Shown piece by piece: positions 17,225 through 27,908 of a stretch of DNA of 64,000 nucleotides. A program made the translations under genes and the position numbers. The DNA lies in assembly GCA_963727775.1 (NCBI GenBank), contig CAVSHB010000001.1, positions 1,184,001-1,248,000 of the forward strand. Reading direction: 5' to 3'. The notes beneath the pieces were generated by a model. That model saw only the letters and a list, made by a program, of their open reading frames with translations, was not told the DNA's origin and did no database searches. The stretch is from an uncultured Nitrospiraceae bacterium (GTDB lineage Bacteria; Nitrospirota; Thermodesulfovibrionia; Thermodesulfovibrionales; SM23-35). Every line of letters begins with the position of its first letter. Within the stretch, counting starts at the first letter, position 1.

Positions 17225-20200
17225 GTGGAAATACCTATTATAGAAAAAGACTCTGAGCTGAAATTCCCTCATTTTACTCTGATGAAGGCCTCCGCAGGCT
17301 CGGGCAAGACCCACATGCTCACCAAAAGGTTCGTACAGTTCATTCTCTCCGAAAAAATATCGAGAAACAACCTGCGAAATATTCTTGCCATGACCTTCTC
17401 TAACAATGCCTCCAAGGAGATGAAGGGGAGGATCCTGTACTGGCTCAAATTGCTTCATTTCGGCGACCCGGAAATGACCGAACAGATGCTTGAGGCCGTC
17501 TCGATAGACCGGGAGAAACTGGTCGAGCGGGCCGGGCAGATGGTAGAGCAGATACTCCGGGATTACGCAGATTTCGAGGTGAGGACCATAGACAGCTTCA
17601 TGACATCCATCTTCAAGACTTCCGCCATCGACTTTGGATTCAACTCAGAGTTCGATATCCTGATGAACAATGATGTGCTAATGGAATACTCTTTTGATTT
17701 GTTCTTGAGGTCCGTCCGGGAGGGCACAACAAAGGCAGAACTCCTTCTCGGTATAATCTCAGTGATCCAGGAAGGGAAACAGGGCCAGGAAGCCTATATG
17801 TGGGACCCTTCATCAGCTCTCCTCGAAGAGGTGAAAGGTCTCTACGGAAAGCTCTCGGCGACCGGCAAGAACCCTATGATAGAGGACTCCTCAGGGGCCT
17901 TTGACGATATAAAAAATGAAATAAGAACTGCCATTGAGGGTCTTGAAAAAGCGGTCCTCAAGTCAGGGCTCGCAAAACGGGCAAACTCTTCTTTCGGTAC
18001 GGTCCTCGATCTCGTGAGGGAGGGAAGGTTCGCGGACCTGATCGGCAAAGGGCTTAAGAACCCGCCTGTCAATAAGCCGGGAAAAGGGCAACCAGCCCTT
18101 CAGACCTCATTCGATCAGATTGTAGGAGAGTGGGAAAACGCCGCCGGTCTTATCAACAAATATATTGCCATCCTTGTCCGCTCCCGTTCCATGCCGTATC
18201 TCAAGGTATATGAATCATTCAGGGAAATTGTCGAATCCGTCAAAAGACGTCAGGGGAAGGTATTCATCGAAGACATCAGCAGAAATCTTGCGGAATACAT
18301 TAACGAGGAAATCGTTCCCGACATCTATTTCAGGATCGGCGAGACGATCTACCACTTTCTGATCGACGAATTCCAGGACACTTCCCTCATTCAATGGGAC
18401 AACCTTTTCCCGCTTTTCGAGAACGCTCTGTCTCAGTATGGAAGCCTTTTCGTTGTAGGCGATACCAAACAGGCGATCTACGGCTTCCGCAACGCCGACT
18501 ATACGATAATGAGAAAGTTCGAACGCATCAACCCTTTTCCTTCCGCTACGCATAACGTAAAGGAGCTTACGACAAATTACAGAAGTCTCAGTAAGATCCT
18601 TGACTTCAATGAGAAGGTATTCAAGGAGATCGTGGCGGGAAAGGACAAATACAGGGAGGCCGGGACCAGAAGCGGGTTGACCGACTACGTCCAATGCGCC
18701 AGAGACGGCTTCTCCCAGGGATACTGCGAGGTGGTGCTGGAGGAGAGGGATGACGAAACTTTGCCGGAGCGGCGCGTCATACAGGACCTCGTCGCAGAAC
18801 TCAGATCGCGCGGGTTCAGCTATGGCGACATAGCCATACTCACGAGGAGAAATGAAGATGTCGTAAAGACCACCCTTTGGCTGAACGAGAAGAACATCGA
18901 CTTTGTTTCTTACAGCAACCTCGACATACGGAGAAGGAGGATAACCGGCGAGATAGTCGCGCTTCTGAACTTCCTTGATTCGCCAATGGATGACCTGTCT
19001 TTTTCTACCTTCATAAACGGAGAGATCTTCGGCGCCTTACTGCGTGCGGAACATCCTGAGATCACTCCGGAGAGACTCGGGGAGTTTCTTTTTGGATATA
19101 GAAAGAGCCCTCCGCTCTACAAGTCATTCCAGAAAGAGTTCTCAATTTTATGGAATGAATACTTCGCCGGTCTTTTCAAGGCCTCAGGGTATTTTCCGCT
19201 CTACGACCTTGTGACAGAGGCTTACGCTGTCTTCAGGGTATTTGAGACACTGGGGGATGAGGAGGCGGCGCTTGTGAAGATACTGGAAGCAGTCAAGGAG
19301 TTCGAGGGGGCTGGATACAACAGCCTCAGGGACTTCCTTGACTTCGCAGGCGACAGCGACAGCGGCGAGTCAGAGTGGAATATAGATGTCCCCAAGGCCA
19401 TGGACGCTGTTAAGGTGATGACGATCCATAAGGCAAAGGGCCTCGGATTCCCCGTTGTCATCGTCCTTCTCTATGAAGGCCGAAACAGGGGGTTTGACTA
19501 CATCATAGAGGAGGAAGAAGATGGGGTGCGACTGCTTAAGATCAACAGGAAAACCATGGTCAGCGATCCCACTTTCGAGAGGTTATATGAAGAGGAAGCG
19601 ACAAAAGAGAATGTGAACAGGCTTAACAGCCTTTACGTAGGATTTACGCGGGCAAAAGAAGAGCTTTACGTCATAGGCGTGAAGGGTAGAAGCGAGACAT
19701 TTCCATTCGATCTCCTTCCTGCAAGCGACTTTGCATCTACGGTAAAACCTGATAGATGTGACATCCCCCCAGCAAAATCTTCCGGGGTCTTCAGTGTGAG
19801 ACATCACCCTAAACAGATAGAAGCAGAGGTCAGAACGGATGAGATGATAAGCTTCGATGAGAGAGCGAGGGGAGAATTTATCCACAGGGTCCTTTATCAC
19901 GTCGAATATCTGCACGATGACATGGACAAAGTGCTTGAGGACATCATCAGAAAAGTCAATATCGAAACAGCATCAGAGTCAGCAGCGGAGGAAGTAAAAG
20001 ATCTTCTTCTTCGGCTTTTCGGGCGCAAGGAGATATCGACCTACTTCGAACCCCATGCCGGGAGAGAGGTGAAAAGGGAGCAGGAATTCTCTGATGAGGA
20101 AGGACGTCTTTTCAGGATGGATAGAGTCGTGATCGACCCGGATAAGGTCACGATCCTGGATTTCAAGACCGGGGGAGAAGGCTGGACCGATGATAAATAC

Positions 20201-20308
20201 AGGGCGCAAATGAGAAAATATATGAAGATCGCGAAGGACATTTATCCTGGTAGACGCCTGGAAGGCAGGCTCGTTTATATTGACCTCGGAGAGATCAGGG
20301 CATTATGA
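17225..20308 (+). CDS. addA: AddA-like helicase-nuclease
   Basis: ASAGSGKT, DEFQDT, VGDTKQAIYGFR, TIHKAKGL, C-terminal RMD...LDFKT nuclease. Confidence 0.85.
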   Translation: MEIPIIEKDSELKFPHFTLMKASAGSGKTHMLTKRFVQFILSEKISRNNLRNILAMTFSNNASKEMKGRILYWLKLLHFGDPEMTEQMLEAVSIDREKLVERAGQMVEQILRDYADFEVRTIDSFMTSIFKTSAIDFGFNSEFDILMNNDVLMEYSFDLFLRSVREGTTKAELLLGIISVIQEGKQGQEAYMWDPSSALLEEVKGLYGKLSATGKNPMIEDSSGAFDDIKNEIRTAIEGLEKAVLKSGLAKRANSSFGTVLDLVREGRFADLIGKGLKNPPVNKPGKGQPALQTSFDQIVGEWENAAGLINKYIAILVRSRSMPYLKVYESFREIVESVKRRQGKVFIEDISRNLAEYINEEIVPDIYFRIGETIYHFLIDEFQDTSLIQWDNLFPLFENALSQYGSLFVVGDTKQAIYGFRNADYTIMRKFERINPFPSATHNVKELTTNYRSLSKILDFNEKVFKEIVAGKDKYREAGTRSGLTDYVQCARDGFSQGYCEVVLEERDDETLPERRVIQDLVAELRSRGFSYGDIAILTRRNEDVVKTTLWLNEKNIDFVSYSNLDIRRRRITGEIVALLNFLDSPMDDLSFSTFINGEIFGALLRAEHPEITPERLGEFLFGYRKSPPLYKSFQKEFSILWNEYFAGLFKASGYFPLYDLVTEAYAVFRVFETLGDEEAALVKILEAVKEFEGAGYNSLRDFLDFAGDSDSGESEWNIDVPKAMDAVKVMTIHKAKGLGFPVVIVLLYEGRNRGFDYIIEEEEDGVRLLKINRKTMVSDPTFERLYEEEATKENVNRLNSLYVGFTRAKEELYVIGVKGRSETFPFDLLPASDFASTVKPDRCDIPPAKSSGVFSVRHHPKQIEAEVRTDEMISFDERARGEFIHRVLYHVEYLHDDMDKVLEDIIRKVNIETASESAAEEVKDLLLRLFGRKEISTYFEPHAGREVKREQEFSDEEGRLFRMDRVVIDPDKVTILDFKTGGEGWTDDKYRAQMRKYMKIAKDIYPGRRLEGRLVYIDLGEIRAL

Positions 20309-23136
20309 ACAGTGCGCTGGTCATAGGCCAACAGGAAAACCTCATCGAGAGGACAGCAGGCCTTTTAAGCCCCCCCAGGAAAGACTACTCTCACAATCTT
20401 GTCGTGTTTCCAGGCAGAAGACCGGCACATTTCCTTCGAAGGGAGTTAGCACACAAAGGAACGGGCAGCTTCATACCTCCATTAATTCTGTCCATGGACG
20501 GATTTATGGATTACGTTACCGAAGCTGTACACCCAGTGAGAAATGTGGAAATAGTTGATGCCATTGCGATCCTATACAAGATCCATAGGAGCGCCCCGGA
20601 GCCCCTCGGTGGAGAAAGCTTCCTTACCCTCGATAGTTTCTTTTCTCTAGGAATAAAGCTTTTCACGGACATTGAGGAGCTCTATATTGAGGGAGTTCCT
20701 CCTGCCATGGTAAAGGAAATCCAGCCCTTCACTGATGAAATGATACCCAAACATGCGCTGGCGAGGCTTCAATCACTGCATTTCTTTTACAAGACCTTTT
20801 ACGAGAAGATTTCCCGATTGGGTATGGCGACAAGGTCCATGAAGTACCGCATGGCAGCGGAGAAGATATTGGAAAGCGGCATTGACAGGTTTGAAAAGGT
20901 GATATTCGCCGGATTCTATGCATTGACTAAGTGCGAGAAGGACCTTTTCAGGAAGCTGCTGCCGAGCGAAAAGGCAATCTTCATATTCCAGGATGGCCCG
21001 GGTCTCGGAGAGCGATTGTCGGAACTGGGGATAGATACCGGGGATAACCAACCCTCTCGACTTGAACCGAAAATCCATTTTTACAGCAGCCACGATACCC
21101 ATGGCCAGGTCTTCGCCCTTGGAAGTATTCTCAGGGAAAACTCTGAGCAAGGATTGCCCAACGAAAAAACTACAATAGTATTGCCCTCTTCAGAGACCCT
21201 TTTTCCACTTCTCCGTCAGGGGATGACATGCATAGATAAGGACGACTTCAACATTTCTCTTGGATATCCGTTGCACAGGACGCCTGTCTTCGGCTTTCTT
21301 AATAATCTTATGGAATTGATCGGTTCCATGGAAGATGAACGTATTTACGTCCCTGACTATATGAAGTTCGTGTTGCACCCCTACGTAAAGAATATTTACT
21401 GCAAGGGAAACGCCGAGATCACGAGGATTATGTTTCACACCATAGAGGAGACACTCCAATATTCCAGGACCAGGATGTTCGCAACCCTATCGGAGATAGA
21501 AAACAACGAAAAGATATTCAACGGCATCGCTGAAAAGCTTCGCCAGGAAAAAGAAGGCATGACCGTGGCGGAGATCAGGGAACACTTAAGGATGGTCCAT
21601 CTCAATACAATTGAGAAATTTCTATCCTTCAGGGATATCGGTGACTTTGCCGCAAAATGCACCGAACTTCTCACATTCGTCTTTAATAACAGTACGGCCA
21701 GACTTCATCCGCTCTTCTCCCCTTTTTCAGAGTCTTTCATCAAAGCCTTGGACACTGTCTCCAAATCCCTAATGAAGGACATGTCTTTTATGGACAGGAC
21801 GAGCTATTTCACATTTTTCAGAAAATACATTATGACGGGCCACGTGCCTTTTCCCGGTACTCCGCTTAAGGGTATCCAGGTCCTCGGTTTCCTTGAGACG
21901 AGAAACATCAGGTTTGAGACTGTTTTTATTCTCGATGCGAATGAAGAGGTGATCCCTGACACCTCCAAAGAAGATACGCTTCTGCCTTTCAAGGCACGAG
22001 AAATCCTGAAGCTGCCGACCTATTTGGACAGGGATAAGCTATCGGCCTACTATTTCGACAATCTAATCAAAGGCGCCAGGGAAGTCCACATTTTCTTTGT
22101 AGAAAATGATACCAGGGAGAGATCACGCTTCGTGGAAAGTCTCCTGTGGGAAAGACAGAAAAGAGACAGATCTATTAAGACAAGTGACTATGTGCTGGCT
22201 GTCCAGTACAAGGTAAAGCTCGGGAACGATATCCCCGGCGGCATTCCCAAAACCGACAGGGTAGTCAGCTTCTTAAAAGATTTCACATATAGTGCCACAG
22301 CCCTTGACAAATATCTGAATTGCCCATTGCAGTTCTACTACAGCTACGTACTTGATCTCGGTAAAAAGGAGGAGATCACGGGGGAAATCGAAAGAGCCGA
22401 TGTCGGCAAATTTGTTCACCGCGTACTTTCAGCATATTTCTCAAGGAGGCTGAATAGAGTTCTAACAAAAGCGGATATCGATTTGGAGGAGATGGACGAT
22501 TTGATCGACGATCTTTTCGGTAGAGAATACGGTGCTAACCCTACTGGGGCCGTGTACCTTCTGAAGGCCCAGATCAAAGAACATCTAAAAGACTATCTCA
22601 GCAGGTACTGCATACCTTTGATCAAAGAGAAGAAAGTGATGATTATAGGAGTGGAAGAGTCTATCGAAGCGACCCTAAACTCCCACAAGATCAAAGGTCG
22701 GCTGGATACAGTCGAAAAAAGGGATGGTAATATCTGCATCGTTGATTATAAAAGCGGTCTCTCTACAAAGAACCTAAAGATCAACTTCAGCAAGTTTGAT
22801 CCTGACAGCAGGGCTTCCTGGGATGAAGCGATCGGAAGCCTCCAGCTTCCTTTTTATCTCATTCTGTACTCTGAGCGCCACGGTATAAAAATAGAAGATC
22901 TGAGAGGAATGTTTTTGCTGCTTGGTCGGTTCTCGATAAACAAAGAGATTGAACTTCCTTTGTTCGATACAGCTGATGAGGGCGCAAAGTTCGACGGATT
23001 AAAAACTGCGATTCTGGGTCTTCTCGAAGAGATAGTTGATCCGGGTGTTCCATTTGGAGCGGCATCGAACAGAAAGAACAGTTGTCCGAAGTGCGACTTC
23101 CGGTACATTTGCGGAACACAATGGGTAACCGGGTAG
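20305..23136 (+). CDS. addB: AddB-like PD-(D/E)XK nuclease with Fe-S cysteines
   Basis: ATGA-coupled to addA; CPLQFY, GRLD...VDYKS, CPKCDFRYIC. Confidence 0.82.
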   Translation: MNSALVIGQQENLIERTAGLLSPPRKDYSHNLVVFPGRRPAHFLRRELAHKGTGSFIPPLILSMDGFMDYVTEAVHPVRNVEIVDAIAILYKIHRSAPEPLGGESFLTLDSFFSLGIKLFTDIEELYIEGVPPAMVKEIQPFTDEMIPKHALARLQSLHFFYKTFYEKISRLGMATRSMKYRMAAEKILESGIDRFEKVIFAGFYALTKCEKDLFRKLLPSEKAIFIFQDGPGLGERLSELGIDTGDNQPSRLEPKIHFYSSHDTHGQVFALGSILRENSEQGLPNEKTTIVLPSSETLFPLLRQGMTCIDKDDFNISLGYPLHRTPVFGFLNNLMELIGSMEDERIYVPDYMKFVLHPYVKNIYCKGNAEITRIMFHTIEETLQYSRTRMFATLSEIENNEKIFNGIAEKLRQEKEGMTVAEIREHLRMVHLNTIEKFLSFRDIGDFAAKCTELLTFVFNNSTARLHPLFSPFSESFIKALDTVSKSLMKDMSFMDRTSYFTFFRKYIMTGHVPFPGTPLKGIQVLGFLETRNIRFETVFILDANEEVIPDTSKEDTLLPFKAREILKLPTYLDRDKLSAYYFDNLIKGAREVHIFFVENDTRERSRFVESLLWERQKRDRSIKTSDYVLAVQYKVKLGNDIPGGIPKTDRVVSFLKDFTYSATALDKYLNCPLQFYYSYVLDLGKKEEITGEIERADVGKFVHRVLSAYFSRRLNRVLTKADIDLEEMDDLIDDLFGREYGANPTGAVYLLKAQIKEHLKDYLSRYCIPLIKEKKVMIIGVEESIEATLNSHKIKGRLDTVEKRDGNICIVDYKSGLSTKNLKINFSKFDPDSRASWDEAIGSLQLPFYLILYSERHGIKIEDLRGMFLLLGRFSINKEIELPLFDTADEGAKFDGLKTAILGLLEEIVDPGVPFGAASNRKNSCPKCDFRYICGTQWVTG

Positions 23137-23251
23137 ATTTCAGCGCAGGCATTTCCTCTTAAACTCTATTTATACTTGCGATTTTAATGCGATTAATATT
23201 TAATAATACTGGTGTCGGGATTTAACATTTAAATAAATCAGGAGAAAACGA

Positions 23252-23773
23252 ATGATTGTCGGAAAACCTCTTTTTACTACCCGCCAGATTCAGTCAAAAG
23301 TCAAAGAACTTGCCGGCAGGATATCTGAAGATTATGCGGGGAAGGAGATCCTTGCTGTCGGCATTCTTAAAGGCGCATGCATGTTTTTCTCTGATATTGT
23401 CAGGTCTGTTGAGGTGCCTTTAACGATCGATTTTATTATAGCCTCAAGCTATCTAAAAGCGGAATCCTCCGGTGAGGTCAAAGTTTACTATGACATAAGG
23501 GGAGACATATCAGACAAGCATGTACTTTTAATTGAAGATATCGTGGATACCGGAATTACCCTTAACCATATAAGAGAGAGGATTTTGGAGAGATGTCCGA
23601 AAAGTCTCAAAATATGCGCATTTCTGGACAAGAAAGAAAGGCGCGAGGTAGAAGTCCCTCTGGACTATATAGGTTTTGAGATACCCGACAAGTTTGTTGT
23701 CGGCTATGGCCTCGACTATGACGATAAATTCAGGAATCTGCCGTATATATCAACATTTAAGAAGAAGACCTGA
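23252..23773 (+). CDS. hpt: Hypoxanthine phosphoribosyltransferase
   Basis: LLIEDIVDTGITL, FVVGYGLDY, RNLPY. Confidence 0.95.
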   Translation: MIVGKPLFTTRQIQSKVKELAGRISEDYAGKEILAVGILKGACMFFSDIVRSVEVPLTIDFIIASSYLKAESSGEVKVYYDIRGDISDKHVLLIEDIVDTGITLNHIRERILERCPKSLKICAFLDKKERREVEVPLDYIGFEIPDKFVVGYGLDYDDKFRNLPYISTFKKKT

Positions 23774-23781
23774 GGGCAAGA

Positions 23782-24153
23782 ATGTTTGAGTTGACGATAG
23801 AGACGCATTTTTCCTCAGCTCACCAGTTAAGAGGGTATGAGGGGGATTGTGAAAGACTGCATGGGCATAACTGGAAGGTGCAGGTCTACGTCCTTGCTGA
23901 AAAACTGAATGAAATCGATATAGCAATAGATTTTCATGAGCTCAAGAAGCTGACTGAAGATGTCATAGCGCCTCTTGACCATGGCTTTCTCAATGATATT
24001 TTCCCTTTTACCGAGAAAAACCCGTCTTCGGAAAATATAGCGAAATGGATTTATGACTCTCTGAAGAAAAGGTTAAATAACGGCAACGTTAGTCTTTCGG
24101 CTGTGACCGTATGGGAGTCGGAAACTGCTTCTGCAACATATTTTGAAGAATAG
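23782..24153 (+). CDS. queD: 6-carboxytetrahydropterin synthase
   Basis: FSSAHQL...CERLHGHNW...NPSSENIA...VWES. Confidence 0.95.
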   Translation: MFELTIETHFSSAHQLRGYEGDCERLHGHNWKVQVYVLAEKLNEIDIAIDFHELKKLTEDVIAPLDHGFLNDIFPFTEKNPSSENIAKWIYDSLKKRLNNGNVSLSAVTVWESETASATYFEE

Positions 24154-24246
24154 GTGTATTGAAAAATCAAATCATAATAGAGTGTAATAGATATATTAGA
24201 GAATAATTAAAAGACCGGAGACTTTTCAGGACAAAAATAATAATTA

Positions 24247-24870
24247 ATGACGATACGGATCGCGATAGGTTGTCACAGCTACCTTCTGGGTGAAGGGTTA
24301 AAGCAGCTTTTCAAAGAAGAAGAGGAAATAGATGTTGTCAGCATCTTCGATGAAGGGATCGATATAAAAGAAATACTTAAACTTTCCCCTGATATAATTC
24401 TTGCTGACTTCAAGATATTTCGCGCCCTACCTGAAGACTTTACGGATGACGGAAAAGCAAAATTTATTCTCATCAGTGACAGGTCCTGGCTGTCTGAGGC
24501 TGAAAGACAGATGCCGGATTTACTTTTGAGAGGGGTATGCGGCATTCTTACACCGGATTCCGATTCCAATACATTAAAAAAAGCTGTAAGAACTGTTTAT
24601 TCAGGAGAATTATGGATAGACAGCAAGATAATTAAACAGGTCCTTTACACCATGAGCCATCATGAAAAAAAGGTGGACCTTACCAAAAAGGAAAAAGAGA
24701 TCGTATCCCTGATTTGTCACGGTTACAGGAATAAGGAGATAGCCCAAAAACTTGACATCAGCGAACAGACCGTAAAGTCCCACTGCAACCGGATTTTTAA
24801 AAAGGTTGGAGTTACGGACAGACTTCAGCTGGCGTTGCACAGCCATAAGATTTGGCCCAGCCACATCTAA
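24247..24870 (+). CDS. NarL/LuxR-family regulator with atypical receiver
   Basis: C-terminal LTKKEKEI...NKEIAQKL.ISEQTVKSH HTH; the N-terminal acidic pair is absent. Confidence 0.88.
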   Translation: MTIRIAIGCHSYLLGEGLKQLFKEEEEIDVVSIFDEGIDIKEILKLSPDIILADFKIFRALPEDFTDDGKAKFILISDRSWLSEAERQMPDLLLRGVCGILTPDSDSNTLKKAVRTVYSGELWIDSKIIKQVLYTMSHHEKKVDLTKKEKEIVSLICHGYRNKEIAQKLDISEQTVKSHCNRIFKKVGVTDRLQLALHSHKIWPSHI

Positions 24871-25017
24871 TCTTAAAACAAAAGTATTAGTCTTATCTAA
24901 AACCATTTGCCATCAAAATAAACCTTTCGGGTAATTGTAAAAGGAAAATAATTTTAGTATGAATAGAGTAAGTTAACATCAGCATAGACGTCTAATTGAT
25001 CTTCTGCAGGAGGCGGC

Positions 25018-25413
25018 TTGATTCTAAGACTTGTTTGTCCGGAGTGTAAAAAGGATTCATACAGCGCCTCTGTAGAGTCATTCAAGCCATGTCCTTACTG
25101 TGGAATTCTGTTCAGCGGTAAGTACGGTGCTGAAAGACGGGATTTAAATCGTGACCCTAAAGAGATTCCTGTTACGTTTTCTTATAATGGACAAAGCCTC
25201 CAGGCAAGTACCTTGAACTTTTCTGAAAATGGTTTAAGCTTAAAGATATTCGGGAATACCTATCTGCCGGTACTGCCGGTAGGAGACATAATGGAGCTCA
25301 ATATCGGAAATTCACTCGTAAAGGCCCAGATTGTATGGGTCTTTAACAATCCTGAATCGACTACCGCCATAACCGGACTTAAGATTCTGGATGGAAATTT
25401 TAAGCTTCCGTAG
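25018..25413 (+). CDS. Zinc-ribbon plus PilZ domain protein
   Basis: CPEC...CPYCG, then ERRDLNR and NFSENG; TTG start after GGAGG. Confidence 0.75.
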   Translation: MILRLVCPECKKDSYSASVESFKPCPYCGILFSGKYGAERRDLNRDPKEIPVTFSYNGQSLQASTLNFSENGLSLKIFGNTYLPVLPVGDIMELNIGNSLVKAQIVWVFNNPESTTAITGLKILDGNFKLP

Positions 25414-25578
25414 CGCAAGGATCTATGCGGGCCGCGCATAACCGTTTGAAATCTTCGCGGTAATATCTGATTATTAAGCATTTCTGTTCCAAAACACATT
25501 TATTTTTGTTATCATTAATATTCTACTTGGAATTGTAATAAACGGGAAGTTTCAACCTAAAGTGACGGAGGATGAATA

Positions 25579-26733
25579 ATGGACTACTTTTTGAATGAAG
25601 ATCAGATGATGATAAAATCTCTCGCCAGGCAGATAGCGGAGGAGAAGATTGTTCCTGTAAGGGAAGAGCTTGATGAAAAAGAAGAATTCCCATGGGAGAT
25701 CATGAAGGTGATGGCGCAGTCGGATCTTTTCGGTCTTTTTATCCCTGAAGAATTCGGTGGACTGGGAAAAGGATCTTTCGAATTGTGCATAGCGGTTGAA
25801 GAGCTGTCAAGGGCATGTCTTGGCGTGTCGACATCGTTCGCCGCAAACGCACTCGGCACATATCCCATGTTATTGTTCGGCTCGGAAGAACAGAAGAAGA
25901 AATATCTGCCTGATATCGCAGGCGGGAAAAGACTTGTAGCTTTTGCCATTACAGAGGCAAATGCAGGCAGCGATGCCGCGGGGATCCAGACAACAGCTAA
26001 ACTGGATGGAGACGAATATGTGTTAAACGGCACAAAGCAGTGGATTACCAACGGGGGCGAGGCCGAAATTTATACAATCATCGCCATAACAGACAGGACA
26101 AAAGGCCCAAGGGGGGCCTCGGCCTTTGTTGTTGAAAAGGGCACTCCCGGCTTTGATTTCGGGAAAAAAGAAAAAAAGATGGGGATAAGGGCATCTTCCA
26201 CAAGGGAGCTTATTTTCGATAATTGCAGAATTCCTAAAGACAATTTAATCGGCAAGGAAGGTATAGGTTTCATTGTGGCCATGAAGACACTGGATCACGC
26301 CAGAGCGGGAGTCGGGTCCCAGGGTGTCGGAATAGCCCAGGGCGCTTTTGAAGAAGCTGTGAAGTTCGCGAGGCAGCGTGTTCAATTCGGACATCCTATC
26401 ATAAGTTTTCAGGCTATTCAGCATATGCTTGCCGACATGGCGACCGAGATAGAGGCGGCCAGAGCGCTGGTCTATTCTGTTGCTAAATATATCGACAGTG
26501 GAGCAAAAGAGGTAACGAAAGAATCTGCAATGGCAAAGGTCTTTGCTACGGATATGGCCATGAGGGTGACCACGAACGCTGTTCAGGTTATGGGCGGGTC
26601 CGGATATATGAGGGAATACCCTGTTGAAAAGATGATGCGGGATGCAAAGATTCTCCAGATTTATGAAGGCACAAATCAGATACAAAGGAATGTCATCGGA
26701 CAGGCCTTGGTTAAAGAAGCTGCAAAAAAATAA
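25579..26733 (+). CDS. Acyl-CoA dehydrogenase
   Basis: FAITEANAGSD, NGTKQWITNG, IYEGTNQIQR. Confidence 0.95.
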   Translation: MDYFLNEDQMMIKSLARQIAEEKIVPVREELDEKEEFPWEIMKVMAQSDLFGLFIPEEFGGLGKGSFELCIAVEELSRACLGVSTSFAANALGTYPMLLFGSEEQKKKYLPDIAGGKRLVAFAITEANAGSDAAGIQTTAKLDGDEYVLNGTKQWITNGGEAEIYTIIAITDRTKGPRGASAFVVEKGTPGFDFGKKEKKMGIRASSTRELIFDNCRIPKDNLIGKEGIGFIVAMKTLDHARAGVGSQGVGIAQGAFEEAVKFARQRVQFGHPIISFQAIQHMLADMATEIEAARALVYSVAKYIDSGAKEVTKESAMAKVFATDMAMRVTTNAVQVMGGSGYMREYPVEKMMRDAKILQIYEGTNQIQRNVIGQALVKEAAKK

Positions 26734-26736
26734 ATA

Positions 26737-26781
26737 AAAAAGCCCGGGCATGCCTTTATACATTACAGCCGGGGCTTTTTA
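26737..26781. terminator. Probable bidirectional terminator between convergent genes
   Basis: AAAAAGCCCGG...CCGGGGCTTTTT. Confidence 0.55.
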
Positions 26782-26807
26782 TATTTTTTAAGAAACGCTA
26801 TCCGGTA

Positions 26808-27692
26808 TTATTTCTTGCCGCCGAGCACCTCAGGATGAATTTCGACTTTGGCGTCTTTCATCACTTTGTCTAAGAATTCAGTGACCTTTGTTTTTACCCG
26901 TTCCTGAATGAGCTTCTGGCTGATTTTGTCCTTCACTGCATCGTAGGGCTCTGTCGAGGCGTCTTTCTTTTCTTCAACTTTAATGATGTGATATCCGAAT
27001 TGTGTCTCAACAATACCGCTTGTTTCTCCAGGTTTTAAAGAAAACGCAGCGTCTTCAAATTGTTTTACCATTCGCCCCCTGGAGAAAAAGCCAAGGTCTC
27101 CTCCTTTGGATTTGGACCCTGGGTCATCGGACAGATCTTCTGCGAGTTTTTCGAAATTCTCGCCCGCCTTTATTTTTTTAAGGATATTATTTGCCTTTTC
27201 CTTCGCCTTTTCCTTGTCCTTTTGAGAAGCGGACGGTTCTACCTTAACAAGAATATGCCGCGCCCTTATCATTTCGGGTTTCTTGAACTCATCCGGATGA
27301 GAATCGTAATAGGCCTTTATCTCATCCTCAGGAGCGGTTATCTTGCCGGCAACTTCTCTTTTAATGTATTCATTTGCAAGAAAGTTCTCTCTGTAAAATT
27401 CCAATTGTTCTTTTATGTCGGGTTTTTTATCAAATCCGCTTTGTTTGGCCAACCCGGATACTACTATAGTCTGAATATACTGGTTCAGGATCGCCTCTCT
27501 GATCTGCGGGGTGTTTTCGATCATCTTCTGCTTGTCGCTGTCAAAATTATTTATAATTATTTTTTTGAAATCTGAAACGGTAATTTTTTTGTCCCCGATT
27601 TTTGCAACTATCTCATCGTTTTGTGCTAATGCCTTTCCATGAAAGAATGCAAACACGAGCAAACTACCTATGATACAAACATACCTACGCAT
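26808..27692 (-). CDS. Parvulin (PpiC-type) peptidyl-prolyl isomerase, exported
   Basis: Signal peptide; RARHILV, SDDPGSKSKGGDLGFF, TQFGYHII. Confidence 0.92.
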   Translation of the reverse strand: MRRYVCIIGSLLVFAFFHGKALAQNDEIVAKIGDKKITVSDFKKIIINNFDSDKQKMIENTPQIREAILNQYIQTIVVSGLAKQSGFDKKPDIKEQLEFYRENFLANEYIKREVAGKITAPEDEIKAYYDSHPDEFKKPEMIRARHILVKVEPSASQKDKEKAKEKANNILKKIKAGENFEKLAEDLSDDPGSKSKGGDLGFFSRGRMVKQFEDAAFSLKPGETSGIVETQFGYHIIKVEEKKDASTEPYDAVKDKISQKLIQERVKTKVTEFLDKVMKDAKVEIHPEVLGGKK

Positions 27693-27908
27693 ACATACCT
27701 CTCCTTTTCCGGTAAATAAATTTAAGTTTTTTTATGTAAACACAAAAATAACAAAATGTCAATTTTCTAAGCAATTCAGCAGTCCTGATTGTTTCCCTTG
27801 ATAATGTTCTCCTGTTTTATCAAATCCATATCAGTTGAATTCGATTCATATCTTAAAGCCTTCTGCGATGGTCCTGATTGCAACTGCTGGTGTGTTTTGT
27901 AATAATAA

